The notes: generated by a model not told the origin, from the sequence alone. Shown: positions 49,804 through 59,267, counted from the stretch's first letter. The stretch: 64,000 nt of DNA from Poseidonia sp. (GCA_965661285.1 CBFIDD010000002.1:32001-96000), one strand, 5' to 3'. Made by a program: numbers and translations.

Positions 49804-52800
49804 TCAAAGGGTTCCATCAAGGTATTGCTGACCGTAGTATTCCCACTGCTCTTGCGTCCAACCGGGCGGAAGTCCACCTTCAGGAAGGGGCGGGCCCCGA
49901 TTGGATGGCGGCGCATTCGATGCTGGTGATCCTGGATTAACCGATGATGCTGGTTCGACCTCGGGAACGACCTTTTCATGTCCTTCATCGCTGATGGGGG
50001 GTCCAGCATGGATCATCTCGGTGGCGTCAATCTCATCTGGTCCCGCAGGACGTCTTCTCATGAACACCACGAGGGCTGCGACCAGGACCAATCCACCAAA
50101 TCCGGTTCCGAGGAGGGCTTTCGTGGACATCGTTGAATCCGACGGCGGTGAGGCAAACGTGAGGTTGAGCGTCTCTGTTGTTTGAAGGAAGCCGTCGGTT
50201 GTTTTCGTTGCAATACGCAACTCACCTTCAAGCGGACCCGACATTCGGAGGACCTCGCAGCGAAGTTGAATGGATTGTGGCGTGATGTGGCCAGGTGAGA
50301 GCAGGCTTTCTACTCCTGATTCGTTGACCAATCGTTTGTTGCATGTGATCTGCCATCCTTCCGCACCCGTCAGGGTCGTCACAAGGGGTTCATTTGTGGT
50401 TGACGTCGATGTAAGGTTAATGGCGACCGGTGCAGAAGTTCCGTGAGGAATTGGGGCCTTCTGCATCACTCCTGTTTCCATTTCCACATTGCGCTGCTGA
50501 TTGAGCATGACGAGTGCTTCTGTGTTGAGCGTTCTTGGCAATCCTTCATCGTCCACGGCACCCATAACATCGAAACGAAGTACAAAACGTGTATTGAGCG
50601 GCGCCTCCTCTGGCACGAGAACATCCAGACGAAGCGTGAGTTCCCCACCCGCTGGGACCATAACGGGGACTTCACTTCCAGCGGTCCTGTCACCTCCATC
50701 CACGGTGAAGAATACCAAGAGACCAGGGACCGGTGGCGATGAGGAAACGGAGGCCTCGACGGCCAACCGGTTTTCGACAGCATTGCCCGTATTGATGAGG
50801 CGAGCCTCTGCAAACATGCTGCCCCCCGCCATGGTGGCCTCGGACTGACTGGAGAGTTCAATGGATGATATCCGAATTGAATCCGTGGCCATGACGAGTT
50901 CAATGGAATTATCCTCCGGCTTGAGGTCGTCTCCGCCCCCCTGATGCGCGGCCGTGATGTGGACGGTGTGCAGCTCACCGGCCGCTTCAGTCATCGGGAG
51001 CAACACCCACATGCTGATGTCTTCTTGATGCTCAAGATCGTACGAAACACTGAGGCTTATGGGTCCGGTGATGTTGCCTTCGTCCGAAGAAAGCCACCAA
51101 TCCCATGTTTCTGGGAAGTCCATGGGAGCCATGTCAACATCGGTGGGTCCATTGCCGTTATTGGTGATGCGCAATACGATCTCATTGGGGATACCGGGCG
51201 TCAATTTTGTCGGCGATGAGACGGCCTCAAGTTGAACATCGTGCGTGGTACTGACGCGCAATCCGTTGTAGGGTTCGCCTTGAATTTCCATGAGGCTGCG
51301 TTTTGATTCAATGACCGGTGTAATCGTTGGCCCTCTATCGTTGGCTTGTGCGTTGGCGGGCACATCCACCACGATTTCAAAGGTGGAACTGGTGCCTGCA
51401 TTCAAAACAGCATCCGGCCTTGTGGGTTGATGAACCGTCCATGTCCCTTCATTTTCAACATCAGCCCGCATCGAAAAGATGTCCTGACGCGTGGCGTTGT
51501 TCCATATTGTATACTTCAGGACAACTTGTGACCCCGCCTCTACATATTGATTCTGTGCGGCATCATGATTGGACAGGGCAACGTTCGCATTGCTGACCAT
51601 GGATGCGGAAACAGCCAATGTTTTCCGGTCAATTCTGTCTGAATCGTTTTGTGCTTGAAGAGTGAGGTCGAACTCTACCACAGCGTCTGGGGCTTCGTTG
51701 TTGGGCACGGTCATGGTGAACAGAGCCTGTACGGTTTCATTTGGACGAATCAACACGGAGGACGGTTGTGTCCATGCAAGACCTATTGTCCAGTCGCTGG
51801 GAACGGTTGACATGTCCATCTCGATGTCAAAGACATCGGTCGCTCCGCCTTGATTGGACAAACCAACCTCGAAAGTGCAGGTGTAGGACGGGGGGCAACT
51901 TGGGCGAACCGGTGCGGGAAGAATAACCGGTATACGGTCAGCTTTGACGAGGAATTGAACCGGAAGTACGGTGAAAATATCGGGGTATTGACTTGAAGTG
52001 ATGTTCACACTCATTTGTTGAAACCCAATCGAGGCATTTTGGTCGGGTTGGATGTTGATGGTGAATCCTGCAGGACTGCCAGGAAGCGCCACCAAGCCGG
52101 AGAGCGGGTCAAAACTCGTTCCGGACGGTCTTGAATAATACGCATTCCATGAAGCAGGCAGCCCTTCCAGTGTTGGAATGAATGTCTCGGAGATGTTCCC
52201 GGTGTTGATGATCTCTAGAGACACGCTGCCCCACGCTCCTGGTGTTGCCCCGTTGGTTGAGATGCCTTGAGCGGACACATTGTATTCCTCAGGTCGGACC
52301 TTTTGGTCGTAGACGATAACGATATCATCAATGTAGAATCCAATGTCGGTTCCCGAAGCGTCGGATGTGAATTCAAACTTGAACTGAGAGGTGCTGTGGA
52401 ACAAATCATCCGCGACTGGGATAAGCGGTGAATTGTGACCTTTGTTTGAAACACTGAATGTCTGCCAGTTCGCGCCGTCGGTGAAGACGTTGTCGATGGT
52501 TCCTGATATGGAACCAACTTCACTCCAAGCACCAAAGGCATTCCTGCCGTAAATGGTGAGTTTGTCGTTGGCAGCGGTGCTCCCTGTGTAAAAGAACGAC
52601 AGGCCACTCGTGCGACTGGGGTTCTTTACCGCATCTGAGAGATCCATGACCGGCGTGGTCAAAATGGACAGGGCATTGTTGTTGTAGTTGGAGGACTGTC
52701 CGTTCCCGGCGTGGCAGCTGCGACCTTGTGAAATTGATGTATCTGTGGAAACCTGCCACCCACTACCGAAACTCCAGACGTTTGACGCATCGCAGTTGAA

Positions 52801-53340
52801 GTATTCGTAACCAACCGTAAACGGTTGATTGCGCCGGTCGTTGCTGGGATTATCATCGGCAACCGTCGATGTGGCCTCAATTCGAAGCGTGTGGTTTCCT
52901 GCATAACTCGGTACGAGATTGACGTTGACGGTGTTTGAGGCTCCGCCGGCCAGCGAAGCCATCTGCACGGTTGAATTGCTGAACTCGAAATAGGTGTATT
53001 CGTCGTGAAGAAGGAGGACATTGACGTCAATAACGCCGGAGGGATTCGTACCGAGGTTCTCAACCGTGATGGTCAACGTGGCCGATATGTTCACCATCGC
53101 ATCGATGACAAAGAGTTCTGCAGGTCGATTAAATCCAAAGATTGGATGGTTTGATGAGAACATTTTGAAGGTGTTTTCATCGGCACTGTTGGTGTATTTG
53201 ACGCCCGTATCTACAACGCTCACGTCAACCCCGGTTGTCGGGCTGTGGCGCACAGTTGTCTCCTCAAGGGTTGTCGGCACGAGTGGCACAAGGGTTCCCA
53301 AAAGGAACAACACAACAAGGCCGGTTGCAGCGTACCTCAT
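49804..53340 (-). CDS. Large surface protein with CARDB/NEW3-type Ig repeats, C-terminal TM and Pro/Trp tail
   Basis: Signal peptide; repeated (I/L)xNxGN...F/W Ig units; GFYIDDI jelly-roll; TM; GPPLPEGGLPPGWTQEQWEYYG. Confidence 0.8.
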   Translation of the reverse strand: MRYAATGLVVLFLLGTLVPLVPTTLEETTVRHSPTTGVDVSVVDTGVKYTNSADENTFKMFSSNHPIFGFNRPAELFVIDAMVNISATLTITVENLGTNPSGVIDVNVLLLHDEYTYFEFSNSTVQMASLAGGASNTVNVNLVPSYAGNHTLRIEATSTVADDNPSNDRRNQPFTVGYEYFNCDASNVWSFGSGWQVSTDTSISQGRSCHAGNGQSSNYNNNALSILTTPVMDLSDAVKNPSRTSGLSFFYTGSTAANDKLTIYGRNAFGAWSEVGSISGTIDNVFTDGANWQTFSVSNKGHNSPLIPVADDLFHSTSQFKFEFTSDASGTDIGFYIDDIVIVYDQKVRPEEYNVSAQGISTNGATPGAWGSVSLEIINTGNISETFIPTLEGLPASWNAYYSRPSGTSFDPLSGLVALPGSPAGFTINIQPDQNASIGFQQMSVNITSSQYPDIFTVLPVQFLVKADRIPVILPAPVRPSCPPSYTCTFEVGLSNQGGATDVFDIEMDMSTVPSDWTIGLAWTQPSSVLIRPNETVQALFTMTVPNNEAPDAVVEFDLTLQAQNDSDRIDRKTLAVSASMVSNANVALSNHDAAQNQYVEAGSQVVLKYTIWNNATRQDIFSMRADVENEGTWTVHQPTRPDAVLNAGTSSTFEIVVDVPANAQANDRGPTITPVIESKRSLMEIQGEPYNGLRVSTTHDVQLEAVSSPTKLTPGIPNEIVLRITNNGNGPTDVDMAPMDFPETWDWWLSSDEGNITGPISLSVSYDLEHQEDISMWVLLPMTEAAGELHTVHITAAHQGGGDDLKPEDNSIELVMATDSIRISSIELSSQSEATMAGGSMFAEARLINTGNAVENRLAVEASVSSSPPVPGLLVFFTVDGGDRTAGSEVPVMVPAGGELTLRLDVLVPEEAPLNTRFVLRFDVMGAVDDEGLPRTLNTEALVMLNQQRNVEMETGVMQKAPIPHGTSAPVAINLTSTSTTNEPLVTTLTGAEGWQITCNKRLVNESGVESLLSPGHITPQSIQLRCEVLRMSGPLEGELRIATKTTDGFLQTTETLNLTFASPPSDSTMSTKALLGTGFGGLVLVAALVVFMRRRPAGPDEIDATEMIHAGPPISDEGHEKVVPEVEPASSVNPGSPASNAPPSNRGPPLPEGGLPPGWTQEQWEYYGQQYLDGTL

Positions 53341-53369
53341 ATCCCTCAAACGAGGCAAGATTCGGCTAT

Positions 53370-54251
53370 CTATTTAGTGGCAATGTCGCCTTCAGACGGT
53401 GTATCGTTGGTCTGAAGATGCACTTCGACTTCCTTTTGTGCAAGGGATAACTTTGCTTCGTCCCTCTTTTCTTTGGCCCTCGCTGCAAAATACACGGTGA
53501 ACGACGGGATAAGCACCATGGAAAAACATCCAACGACGGCAGCGAGCGCCCACAGAAACTCGGTCGTAGCATCGACGGAAAAGACGGCAATGCTACCGAA
53601 GGCTTCGTTGGTGGTCTCCACCGAGATGCTCGGCTCGGTGGTTCGGTTTCCGCTCTCGATGATTTCAATTCTCAGGATAGACGGCGTGTGCGTGTATTGG
53701 ATAGCGGCTCGCGCTTTCTCTTCAGCCTCAACAATGTCGCTTGCAAATACTGAACCGTTTGATCTTCGTGCCGGGTCCACGGACGTAAGGGCGTAGAATT
53801 CGACGGTACCTCCGTCCTCACTGATGCGCTCATGGGTTTCGGTGTGGTCGCACAAGTCGGCGCAGGAGAATTCTTCCTCCAGTGGATTCTCGAGCGTGTA
53901 GGTTGAACCGAGGAGTTCATGGCTGTACAATTTCGCTACGCTGGTCACCTTGAGAACGGCCCCGCTGGAGAGTTCGGTGGCGGTCACGTTGACCCAAGTG
54001 AGGTTTGCGTCGTCAGCGATGACCTGCCAAGCCCAAGTTGTGGTGTTGTCATCTGCGTCGTAGGAGCGTTGGACTTCCTCGTCAGCTGAAGAAGCGCTGT
54101 ATTCGTTCACGCTCGGCTCGGTTTGGTAGATGTAAACCGATGGCGAGACCGTGGCGCCGTAGACCGCGTAGGAGAGCATGAAAATGAGGGTCAAAGAGAG
54201 TCCGATGAGGGTCCGCAGAAGGTTGGGATTCTGGGCCAAGGCTTTCTTCAT
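53370..54251 (-). CDS. Hypothetical membrane protein (N- and C-terminal TM, extracellular middle)
   Basis: Long ORF with two hydrophobic segments; CTTGAAG box upstream of ATG 54251. Confidence 0.7.
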   Translation of the reverse strand: MKKALAQNPNLLRTLIGLSLTLIFMLSYAVYGATVSPSVYIYQTEPSVNEYSASSADEEVQRSYDADDNTTTWAWQVIADDANLTWVNVTATELSSGAVLKVTSVAKLYSHELLGSTYTLENPLEEEFSCADLCDHTETHERISEDGGTVEFYALTSVDPARRSNGSVFASDIVEAEEKARAAIQYTHTPSILRIEIIESGNRTTEPSISVETTNEAFGSIAVFSVDATTEFLWALAAVVGCFSMVLIPSFTVYFAARAKEKRDEAKLSLAQKEVEVHLQTNDTPSEGDIATK

Positions 54252-54347
54252 CAGCCACACCACCCGAGCGCTCTTCAAGAAGGCTTGTATTCAGCGTCTT
54301 GGCAGACAAATTTTGAGACCTCCTGAACGGGTGCTTGACCCGCTGTT

Positions 54348-54357
54348 TTCATATAGG
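54348..54357 (+). promoter_or_regulatory. TATA box of ribosomal protein operon (TTCATATAGG)
   Basis: 35-44 nt upstream of the rps19e ATG; identical to the SRP RNA upstream 10-mer. Confidence 0.5.
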
Positions 54358-54391
54358 GGCGGACGGTCGGCATCATGCTTGGTGCATCACG

Positions 54392-54883
54392 ATGACGACC
54401 GTCTATGACATCCCTGCTGACATTTTCAACCCTGCACTTGCTGCAGCAATGGAAGACCAAACGGCTGTTTCCACGCCTGATTGGGGCGAATACGTCAAGA
54501 CCGGCGTCGACCGAGAGCGACCCCCCACGCAAGAAAATTGGTGGTACCTGCGAACGGCTGCCATCTTGCGCAAGGTCGCTCGAAACGGGCCGATCGGTGT
54601 CACTCATCTCGCTCAAGCATTCGGTGGCAAGAAAGACAACGGCGCCATGCCAAACACACCTGGTGTGGCCTCCCGCCACATCATCCGCACCGCTCTTCAG
54701 CAACTCGAAGATGCAGGTCTCGTCGAGAAAGTCCCCACCAAGGAAGTGGAAACAGAAGACGGAAAGGTGCAACTCTACGCCGGTCGCCGCATTACCGCAG
54801 CCGGCCAGAAATTGGTTGACAACATCGCTCATTCGGTTCGTGAAGAAGCCGAAGCCCAGTACCCCGGTCTGGAAAAGTATTGA
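54392..54883 (+). CDS. rps19e: 30S ribosomal protein S19e
   Basis: MTTVYDIP, VKTG..ERPP..WWYLRTAAILRK, IIRTALQQLE, GRRIT. Confidence 0.97.
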   Translation: MTTVYDIPADIFNPALAAAMEDQTAVSTPDWGEYVKTGVDRERPPTQENWWYLRTAAILRKVARNGPIGVTHLAQAFGGKKDNGAMPNTPGVASRHIIRTALQQLEDAGLVEKVPTKEVETEDGKVQLYAGRRITAAGQKLVDNIAHSVREEAEAQYPGLEKY

Positions 54884-54909
54884 TTCGGGGATGTGTGAGA
54901 GTGTCAACC

Positions 54910-55269
54910 ATGAGCGCCAACCACGATGATGAGTTGGCCGCTCTACGTGCACAGCGCCTCAAGCAACTCCAAGACCAACTTCAACAGCAAGCATCCCAGC
55001 AATTACAAGCTGAAGAGCAAGCTCAGCAACAAGCGATCGAATCCGCAAACGTTGACGCAGTTCTCCGTCGCCACCTTTCACCCGATGCTCGAGCAAGACT
55101 CACACGAATTGGCCTGGTTGACCCAAAGCGGTCGAACGCCATCAAAGCCGACCTCGCTGCTATGCTTGAGCAAGGTTCCATTCCATCCCCCATGAGTGAT
55201 GTTGCCCTGAAGCAAGTCCTCGCCCAACTGTCCAAGAGCCGCAAAAATGCGTCCGTTAGGAGAATCTGA
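54910..55269 (+). CDS. PDCD5-like DNA-binding protein
   Basis: [31 protein letters not shown]; conserved position after rps19e. Confidence 0.9.
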   Translation: MSANHDDELAALRAQRLKQLQDQLQQQASQQLQAEEQAQQQAIESANVDAVLRRHLSPDARARLTRIGLVDPKRSNAIKADLAAMLEQGSIPSPMSDVALKQVLAQLSKSRKNASVRRI

Positions 55270-55282
55270 GAAGGTGCTCGAA

Positions 55283-55438
55283 ATGTCAAAAAATAAACCA
55301 GCAGCAAAGAAAATACGCCTCTTGAAGGCAGGAAAGCAGAACCGGCGTGTCCCCGTTTGGGTCATGCTCAAGACCGACCGAAACACGGTGTCTCACCCAA
55401 AGCGACACCAATGGCGACGTAGCAAGTTGCAACGATAA
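55283..55438 (+). CDS. rpl39e: 50S ribosomal protein L39e
   Basis: [35 protein letters not shown]. Confidence 0.96.
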   Translation: MSKNKPAAKKIRLLKAGKQNRRVPVWVMLKTDRNTVSHPKRHQWRRSKLQR

Positions 55439-55448
55439 GGTGATTGAG

Positions 55449-55724
55449 ATGGCACGACCGAATGAATCTGAACTGATCGTTCCTCTGCGTAATGCATGGA
55501 ACATCACACGCTACAAGCGAGCCCCCCGAGCCATGCAAATCATCCGTGAACAGGTGATTCGCCACCTCAAGGTCCGAGAGGATGAAGAACTCTACATTGA
55601 CCCCGAGGTCAATGAACACATCTGGAAGCGAGGTATTGAAAACCCGCCCCGCAAAGTCCGTTTGCTGTGCATTCGCCACGATGAACCTGACTTCCCTGTT
55701 GAAGTAAAACTGATGAAGGAGTGA
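55449..55724 (+). CDS. rpl31e: 50S ribosomal protein L31e
   Basis: [33 protein letters not shown]. Confidence 0.96.
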   Translation: MARPNESELIVPLRNAWNITRYKRAPRAMQIIREQVIRHLKVREDEELYIDPEVNEHIWKRGIENPPRKVRLLCIRHDEPDFPVEVKLMKE

Positions 55725-55729
55725 AATGT

Positions 55730-55921
55730 ATGGGAAATATTCGTCCAAGTTTTATCAAAATCCGAGCCATCCGTCTCTGTGAGGAGCACGGTGAAAAATT
55801 CACCGAGGACTTCGACCACAACAAGCACATGGTCGCTGAACTGACCGACGTCAGTTCAAAGAAACTCCGCAACTGGATTGCGGGGTATGTCACTCGATAC
55901 CGACAACGTCGAACCGACTGA
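55730..55921 (+). CDS. rps17e: 30S ribosomal protein S17e
   Basis: [33 protein letters not shown]. Confidence 0.96.
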   Translation: MGNIRPSFIKIRAIRLCEEHGEKFTEDFDHNKHMVAELTDVSSKKLRNWIAGYVTRYRQRRTD

Positions 55922-55931
55922 TGGTGTTTCT

Positions 55932-56150
55932 GTGCCGCTGTGGGTCGATTGGGATCGACAACCGGTGAGTGTTCACAGCGACGACCAGGAGCAACTTGAG
56001 GGCCTGATTCGCCACCTGAAATCCCAGCATAACGTGCGCAAGCGCTCGTTGGTGATGGCTGACCGAGAGAACGGCGGTTTCCTCTTTTTTCTGTATCAGT
56101 CATGCGATCCGCGATGGATAGCGGCCTTTGTGAACAACGACGGAGCGTGA
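55932..56150 (+). CDS. Small hypothetical protein in ribosomal operon
   Basis: GTG 55932 behind GGTG; fills the gap between rps17e and trmJ. Confidence 0.6.
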   Translation: MPLWVDWDRQPVSVHSDDQEQLEGLIRHLKSQHNVRKRSLVMADRENGGFLFFLYQSCDPRWIAAFVNNDGA

Positions 56151-56154
56151 TTCC

Positions 56155-56979
56155 TTGGGTGAACGACAAGACCTCCCTCTGCCTCGTGGTCGGTTTGACA
56201 TCGTCGTTGTATTGGTTGGCGTCAGCCACCCGGGCAATCTCGGTGCCATTTGTAGAAGCATGCTGAATTTTGGTTTTGATGACCTGCGCCTTGTTGACCC
56301 AAAATGCTCACCCGATGATGGCGAAACCCGTGCACGGGCCAAACACGCCTCCAGGCTTTTGGACTGCGTCCAAACCTATGGCAGTATATCGGAAGCTGCT
56401 CATGATTGTTCCACGGTTATCGGCACCTCGGGGAAACGTGAGGTCGGGGAGAAGACATTGTTCCGGCACTACCTCTACCCTTGGGGCATGGTCGAACGAT
56501 TGAATGAGAGCCGTGGAAAAGCCGCTCTTGTGTTCGGGGAGGAAGGAACGGGACTCTCTGCTGACGATCTCGGTGAATGCGATTATTTTGTGACGCTGCC
56601 GACATGGGAAGGGTATCCTATTGCGAACCTCAGCCACGCCGTCAGTTCTTTGCTCTATGAAGTCCAGCGCCATCGTGTTCAGTCCAGTCAGGGTGAAGAT
56701 CCTGGCCTGCCGGATATTGTCCCCCTTGAGTCCACGCTGGACCCGGCCGTGCGCGGAGCGCTCATCAAAGCCATTGAGCAATTCGCTCAACAAATTTCCT
56801 CGAATGCCGAGCGCCGTCAATCCATTGAACAAACGCTGCGGAGAACGTTGCTGAAGGGGACGCCTTCCACGGAGGAATCAACCCGTCTCATCGGAGCGTT
56901 CGTTGAGGCAACATCAGCGATGGAATTCGCTTCGGGCGATGATGCGTGGATGAAAGACCATCGGCGTAAACTACGCTGA
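56155..56979 (+). CDS. trmJ: SPOUT tRNA 2'-O-methyltransferase, TrmJ family
   Basis: PGNLGAICRSMLNFG, ALVFGEEGTGLS, YPIANLSHAV. Confidence 0.88.
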   Translation: MGERQDLPLPRGRFDIVVVLVGVSHPGNLGAICRSMLNFGFDDLRLVDPKCSPDDGETRARAKHASRLLDCVQTYGSISEAAHDCSTVIGTSGKREVGEKTLFRHYLYPWGMVERLNESRGKAALVFGEEGTGLSADDLGECDYFVTLPTWEGYPIANLSHAVSSLLYEVQRHRVQSSQGEDPGLPDIVPLESTLDPAVRGALIKAIEQFAQQISSNAERRQSIEQTLRRTLLKGTPSTEESTRLIGAFVEATSAMEFASGDDAWMKDHRRKLR

Positions 56980-57429
56980 TCAAGGTCGCCATGTGGCGAC
57001 AGATTTCGGTGTTTCTCGACAGTGCATGGCCACAAGGCGAAGACGGTTGCCATAGGTTGAGGAGATGTGCGGCGCCACTGCATCAAACGCCCATTTCGCA
57101 AGATTTTCTGCCGTCGGGATGAAGGTTACAATCACGGTTCTGTGCCCTTCGCCCATGCACATGCACGCTTTTTTCCCTTCTTCGTCGCCTTCGTAGATGA
57201 CGAACGCATGGTCAATGACATCGTGAACATGTTCCATCAACACCTTGCTGATATCAGAGAAATCCATCAACATCCCTTCGTCAGAAACACCAGAGACCTC
57301 AACCACGTCGCCTTCGATTTCTGCTTCAAACCTGTAACGATGTCCGTGAAGGTGCCTGCATTTTGACTTATGATTTGGCACCCTGTGGCCCGTGTCGGTC
57401 TCTACATAGCGTCGTATTGTGGTCGTCAA
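56980..57429 (-). CDS. queD: 6-carboxy-5,6,7,8-tetrahydropterin synthase
   Basis: GHRV..KCRHLHGHRY, MDF, DH, PTAENLA, ETP; TTGA overlap with queC-msrB. Confidence 0.93.
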   Translation of the reverse strand: MTTTIRRYVETDTGHRVPNHKSKCRHLHGHRYRFEAEIEGDVVEVSGVSDEGMLMDFSDISKVLMEHVHDVIDHAFVIYEGDEEGKKACMCMGEGHRTVIVTFIPTAENLAKWAFDAVAPHISSTYGNRLRLVAMHCRETPKSVATWRP

Positions 57430-58586
57430 TGTTCTTCCTCCTCGTCCAATTCAAACGAAAGTGAAGCGGAGTTGATGCAATAGCGCTCTCCGCCATAAGC
57501 TGCAGGGCCATCGTTGAACACGTGTCCAAGATGGGCATCACAAACACTGCACCTAACCTCAACACGAACCATCCCGTGCGTATAGTCGTCAATTCTGACA
57601 ATATTGGCTTCCCTATGTTCAGTATGGAACGATGGCCAACCGCACCCGGAATCAAATTTCATGGTCGAGGTGAACAAAAGCGTTGAACAGCATATACATC
57701 GATAATCTCCCGCTCGTTTCTCATTCCAATATTCGCCCGTAAATGCACGCTCTGTTCCCGATTGTCTCGTGACATGGTACTGAAGGTCAGTAAGGCGCTC
57801 TTTGTAATCCTCCTCTCGATGACGTCGTTGCGTTTCCAGGGCATCCTCAAGCACCTCGCGCCAGGGTTTGATGTAGTCAATGGGGTCCTGTCTTCCGATG
57901 GCGTGAAAGGCCAATATTCGTTCAACATCCGAGCCTGTACCACCGTGGGAACGCCCATCTGCATCTGGTGCATAGGAGGTAAGCGTCCTCGAAAAGACCT
58001 CATCGAAATCAAGACCTAGGGCGGCGATCGATGTTTCAGCATCTCGCAGAATACCGATTTTATCGCTCTCCAGATAGGGCAGGGTGAACGAAACGCGCTC
58101 ACTCTCCCAATTGCCGATGGCAAAAGCATGCTCCAGGGCCGTGTAAAATTCAGGGCGACAGTCGGGATAGATGGCGTGGTCGCCGCTGTGAACGCCGAGA
58201 ACAATTTCCGCCGTTGTATCGTGTTTGGTGGCCTGTGAGAGTGCAACGCCGTACAAAAGGGAGGAGAACAGGGCATTCCGGTTTGGCACAATGGTTGCTT
58301 TCATGTTCTCCTCTTCATAGTGTCCTTCTGGGACATCTTCGCCACCCTCAAGAAGATGGCTCTCAAACAGAGCAGTGGCCGACGAGAGGTCGGCAACGTG
58401 ATGATTGACATTAAACCCGTTTTCGGCCAAATAGGCCACCAGTGATGTTGCTCTTTCCAGTTCAATCGCGTGTTTTTGCCCGTAATTGAAGGAAATGGCG
58501 GTCACGGTGTAGTTTTCCCGTAGTAAGTGAAGAAGCAAGGAGGAAGAATCCATTCCCCCACTTAAGGCCATGACTGCGAGTTTCAT
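57426..58586 (-). CDS. queC: Fusion: 7-cyano-7-deazaguanine synthase QueC (N) + peptide methionine-R-sulfoxide reductase MsrB (C)
   Basis: SGGMDS, YGQKH..E, VPNRN, YPDCRPEF; then GTERAF, CICC, KFDSGCGWPSF, RVEVRCSVCDAHLGHVFNDGP, RYCINS in one frame. Confidence 0.92.
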   Translation of the reverse strand: MKLAVMALSGGMDSSSLLLHLLRENYTVTAISFNYGQKHAIELERATSLVAYLAENGFNVNHHVADLSSATALFESHLLEGGEDVPEGHYEEENMKATIVPNRNALFSSLLYGVALSQATKHDTTAEIVLGVHSGDHAIYPDCRPEFYTALEHAFAIGNWESERVSFTLPYLESDKIGILRDAETSIAALGLDFDEVFSRTLTSYAPDADGRSHGGTGSDVERILAFHAIGRQDPIDYIKPWREVLEDALETQRRHREEDYKERLTDLQYHVTRQSGTERAFTGEYWNEKRAGDYRCICCSTLLFTSTMKFDSGCGWPSFHTEHREANIVRIDDYTHGMVRVEVRCSVCDAHLGHVFNDGPAAYGGERYCINSASLSFELDEEEEH

Positions 58587-58598
58587 TGTATCATCTCC

Positions 58599-59258
58599 TT
58601 ACAGTATGCCCATCCATTTGTGGGTTTGTAATGACAATCGCCACGCCGGATTGTCCTTTACGACGGCCTCGGTAAGAGCAAAACCCCGCCCGTTTTCCTC
58701 TACTGTGGCTCCTTCATCGTAGCAGGGTTGAAGGAAAAGATGTGAAAAACCGTCCTTAAGGTCATCATACATTGAGAGCGATTGTCCAACATAAACGCAT
58801 TTGAGTTCGTCTCCCACACGTTGTTTAATTGAGACATTGGGGTACATCTGGTCTTTCGGTGAAATGCAAATCCAATCCAATAACCCATCGGGGATGGCTA
58901 CAGTACCGTTTGATTCCACTGAGAGATGGTAATTTTGCAGTTTCAGCATTCGAGCCAACGGCCAGAGGTCGTTGAGCATGGGCTCACCTCCCGTGAAAAT
59001 GATGTTTTTGCACGGGTACTCGTTCACCTTCTCCATGATCTGTTGAGCCGTCATGGCTTCGTATTCATCGAAATTGGTATCGCACCACTCGCAGCGTAGA
59101 TTGCATTTGCCAAACCGAATGAACACATGGGGTATGCCGCTTCGGAACCCTTCGCCTTGAACGGAATGAAAAATCTCGACGATATTGTAAACATAGGAAG
59201 GGTCGCTCTCCCGCACCTCAAGGCGGGGCCGCAGCACAACTTCACTCCTCTCCGGCAC
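58599..59258 (-). CDS. queE: 7-carboxy-7-deazaguanine synthase (radical SAM)
   Basis: EIFHSVQGEG, CNLRCEWCDT, TGGEP, ESNG, SPK, FLQP, WRLSLQTHK. Confidence 0.95.
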   Translation of the reverse strand: MPERSEVVLRPRLEVRESDPSYVYNIVEIFHSVQGEGFRSGIPHVFIRFGKCNLRCEWCDTNFDEYEAMTAQQIMEKVNEYPCKNIIFTGGEPMLNDLWPLARMLKLQNYHLSVESNGTVAIPDGLLDWICISPKDQMYPNVSIKQRVGDELKCVYVGQSLSMYDDLKDGFSHLFLQPCYDEGATVEENGRGFALTEAVVKDNPAWRLSLQTHKWMGIL

Positions 59259-59267
59259 GTTCTCACC

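Noticed and set aside
57470-57490. Selenocysteine in MsrB
   Set aside because: The catalytic codon is TGC (Cys) and there is no in-frame TGA.
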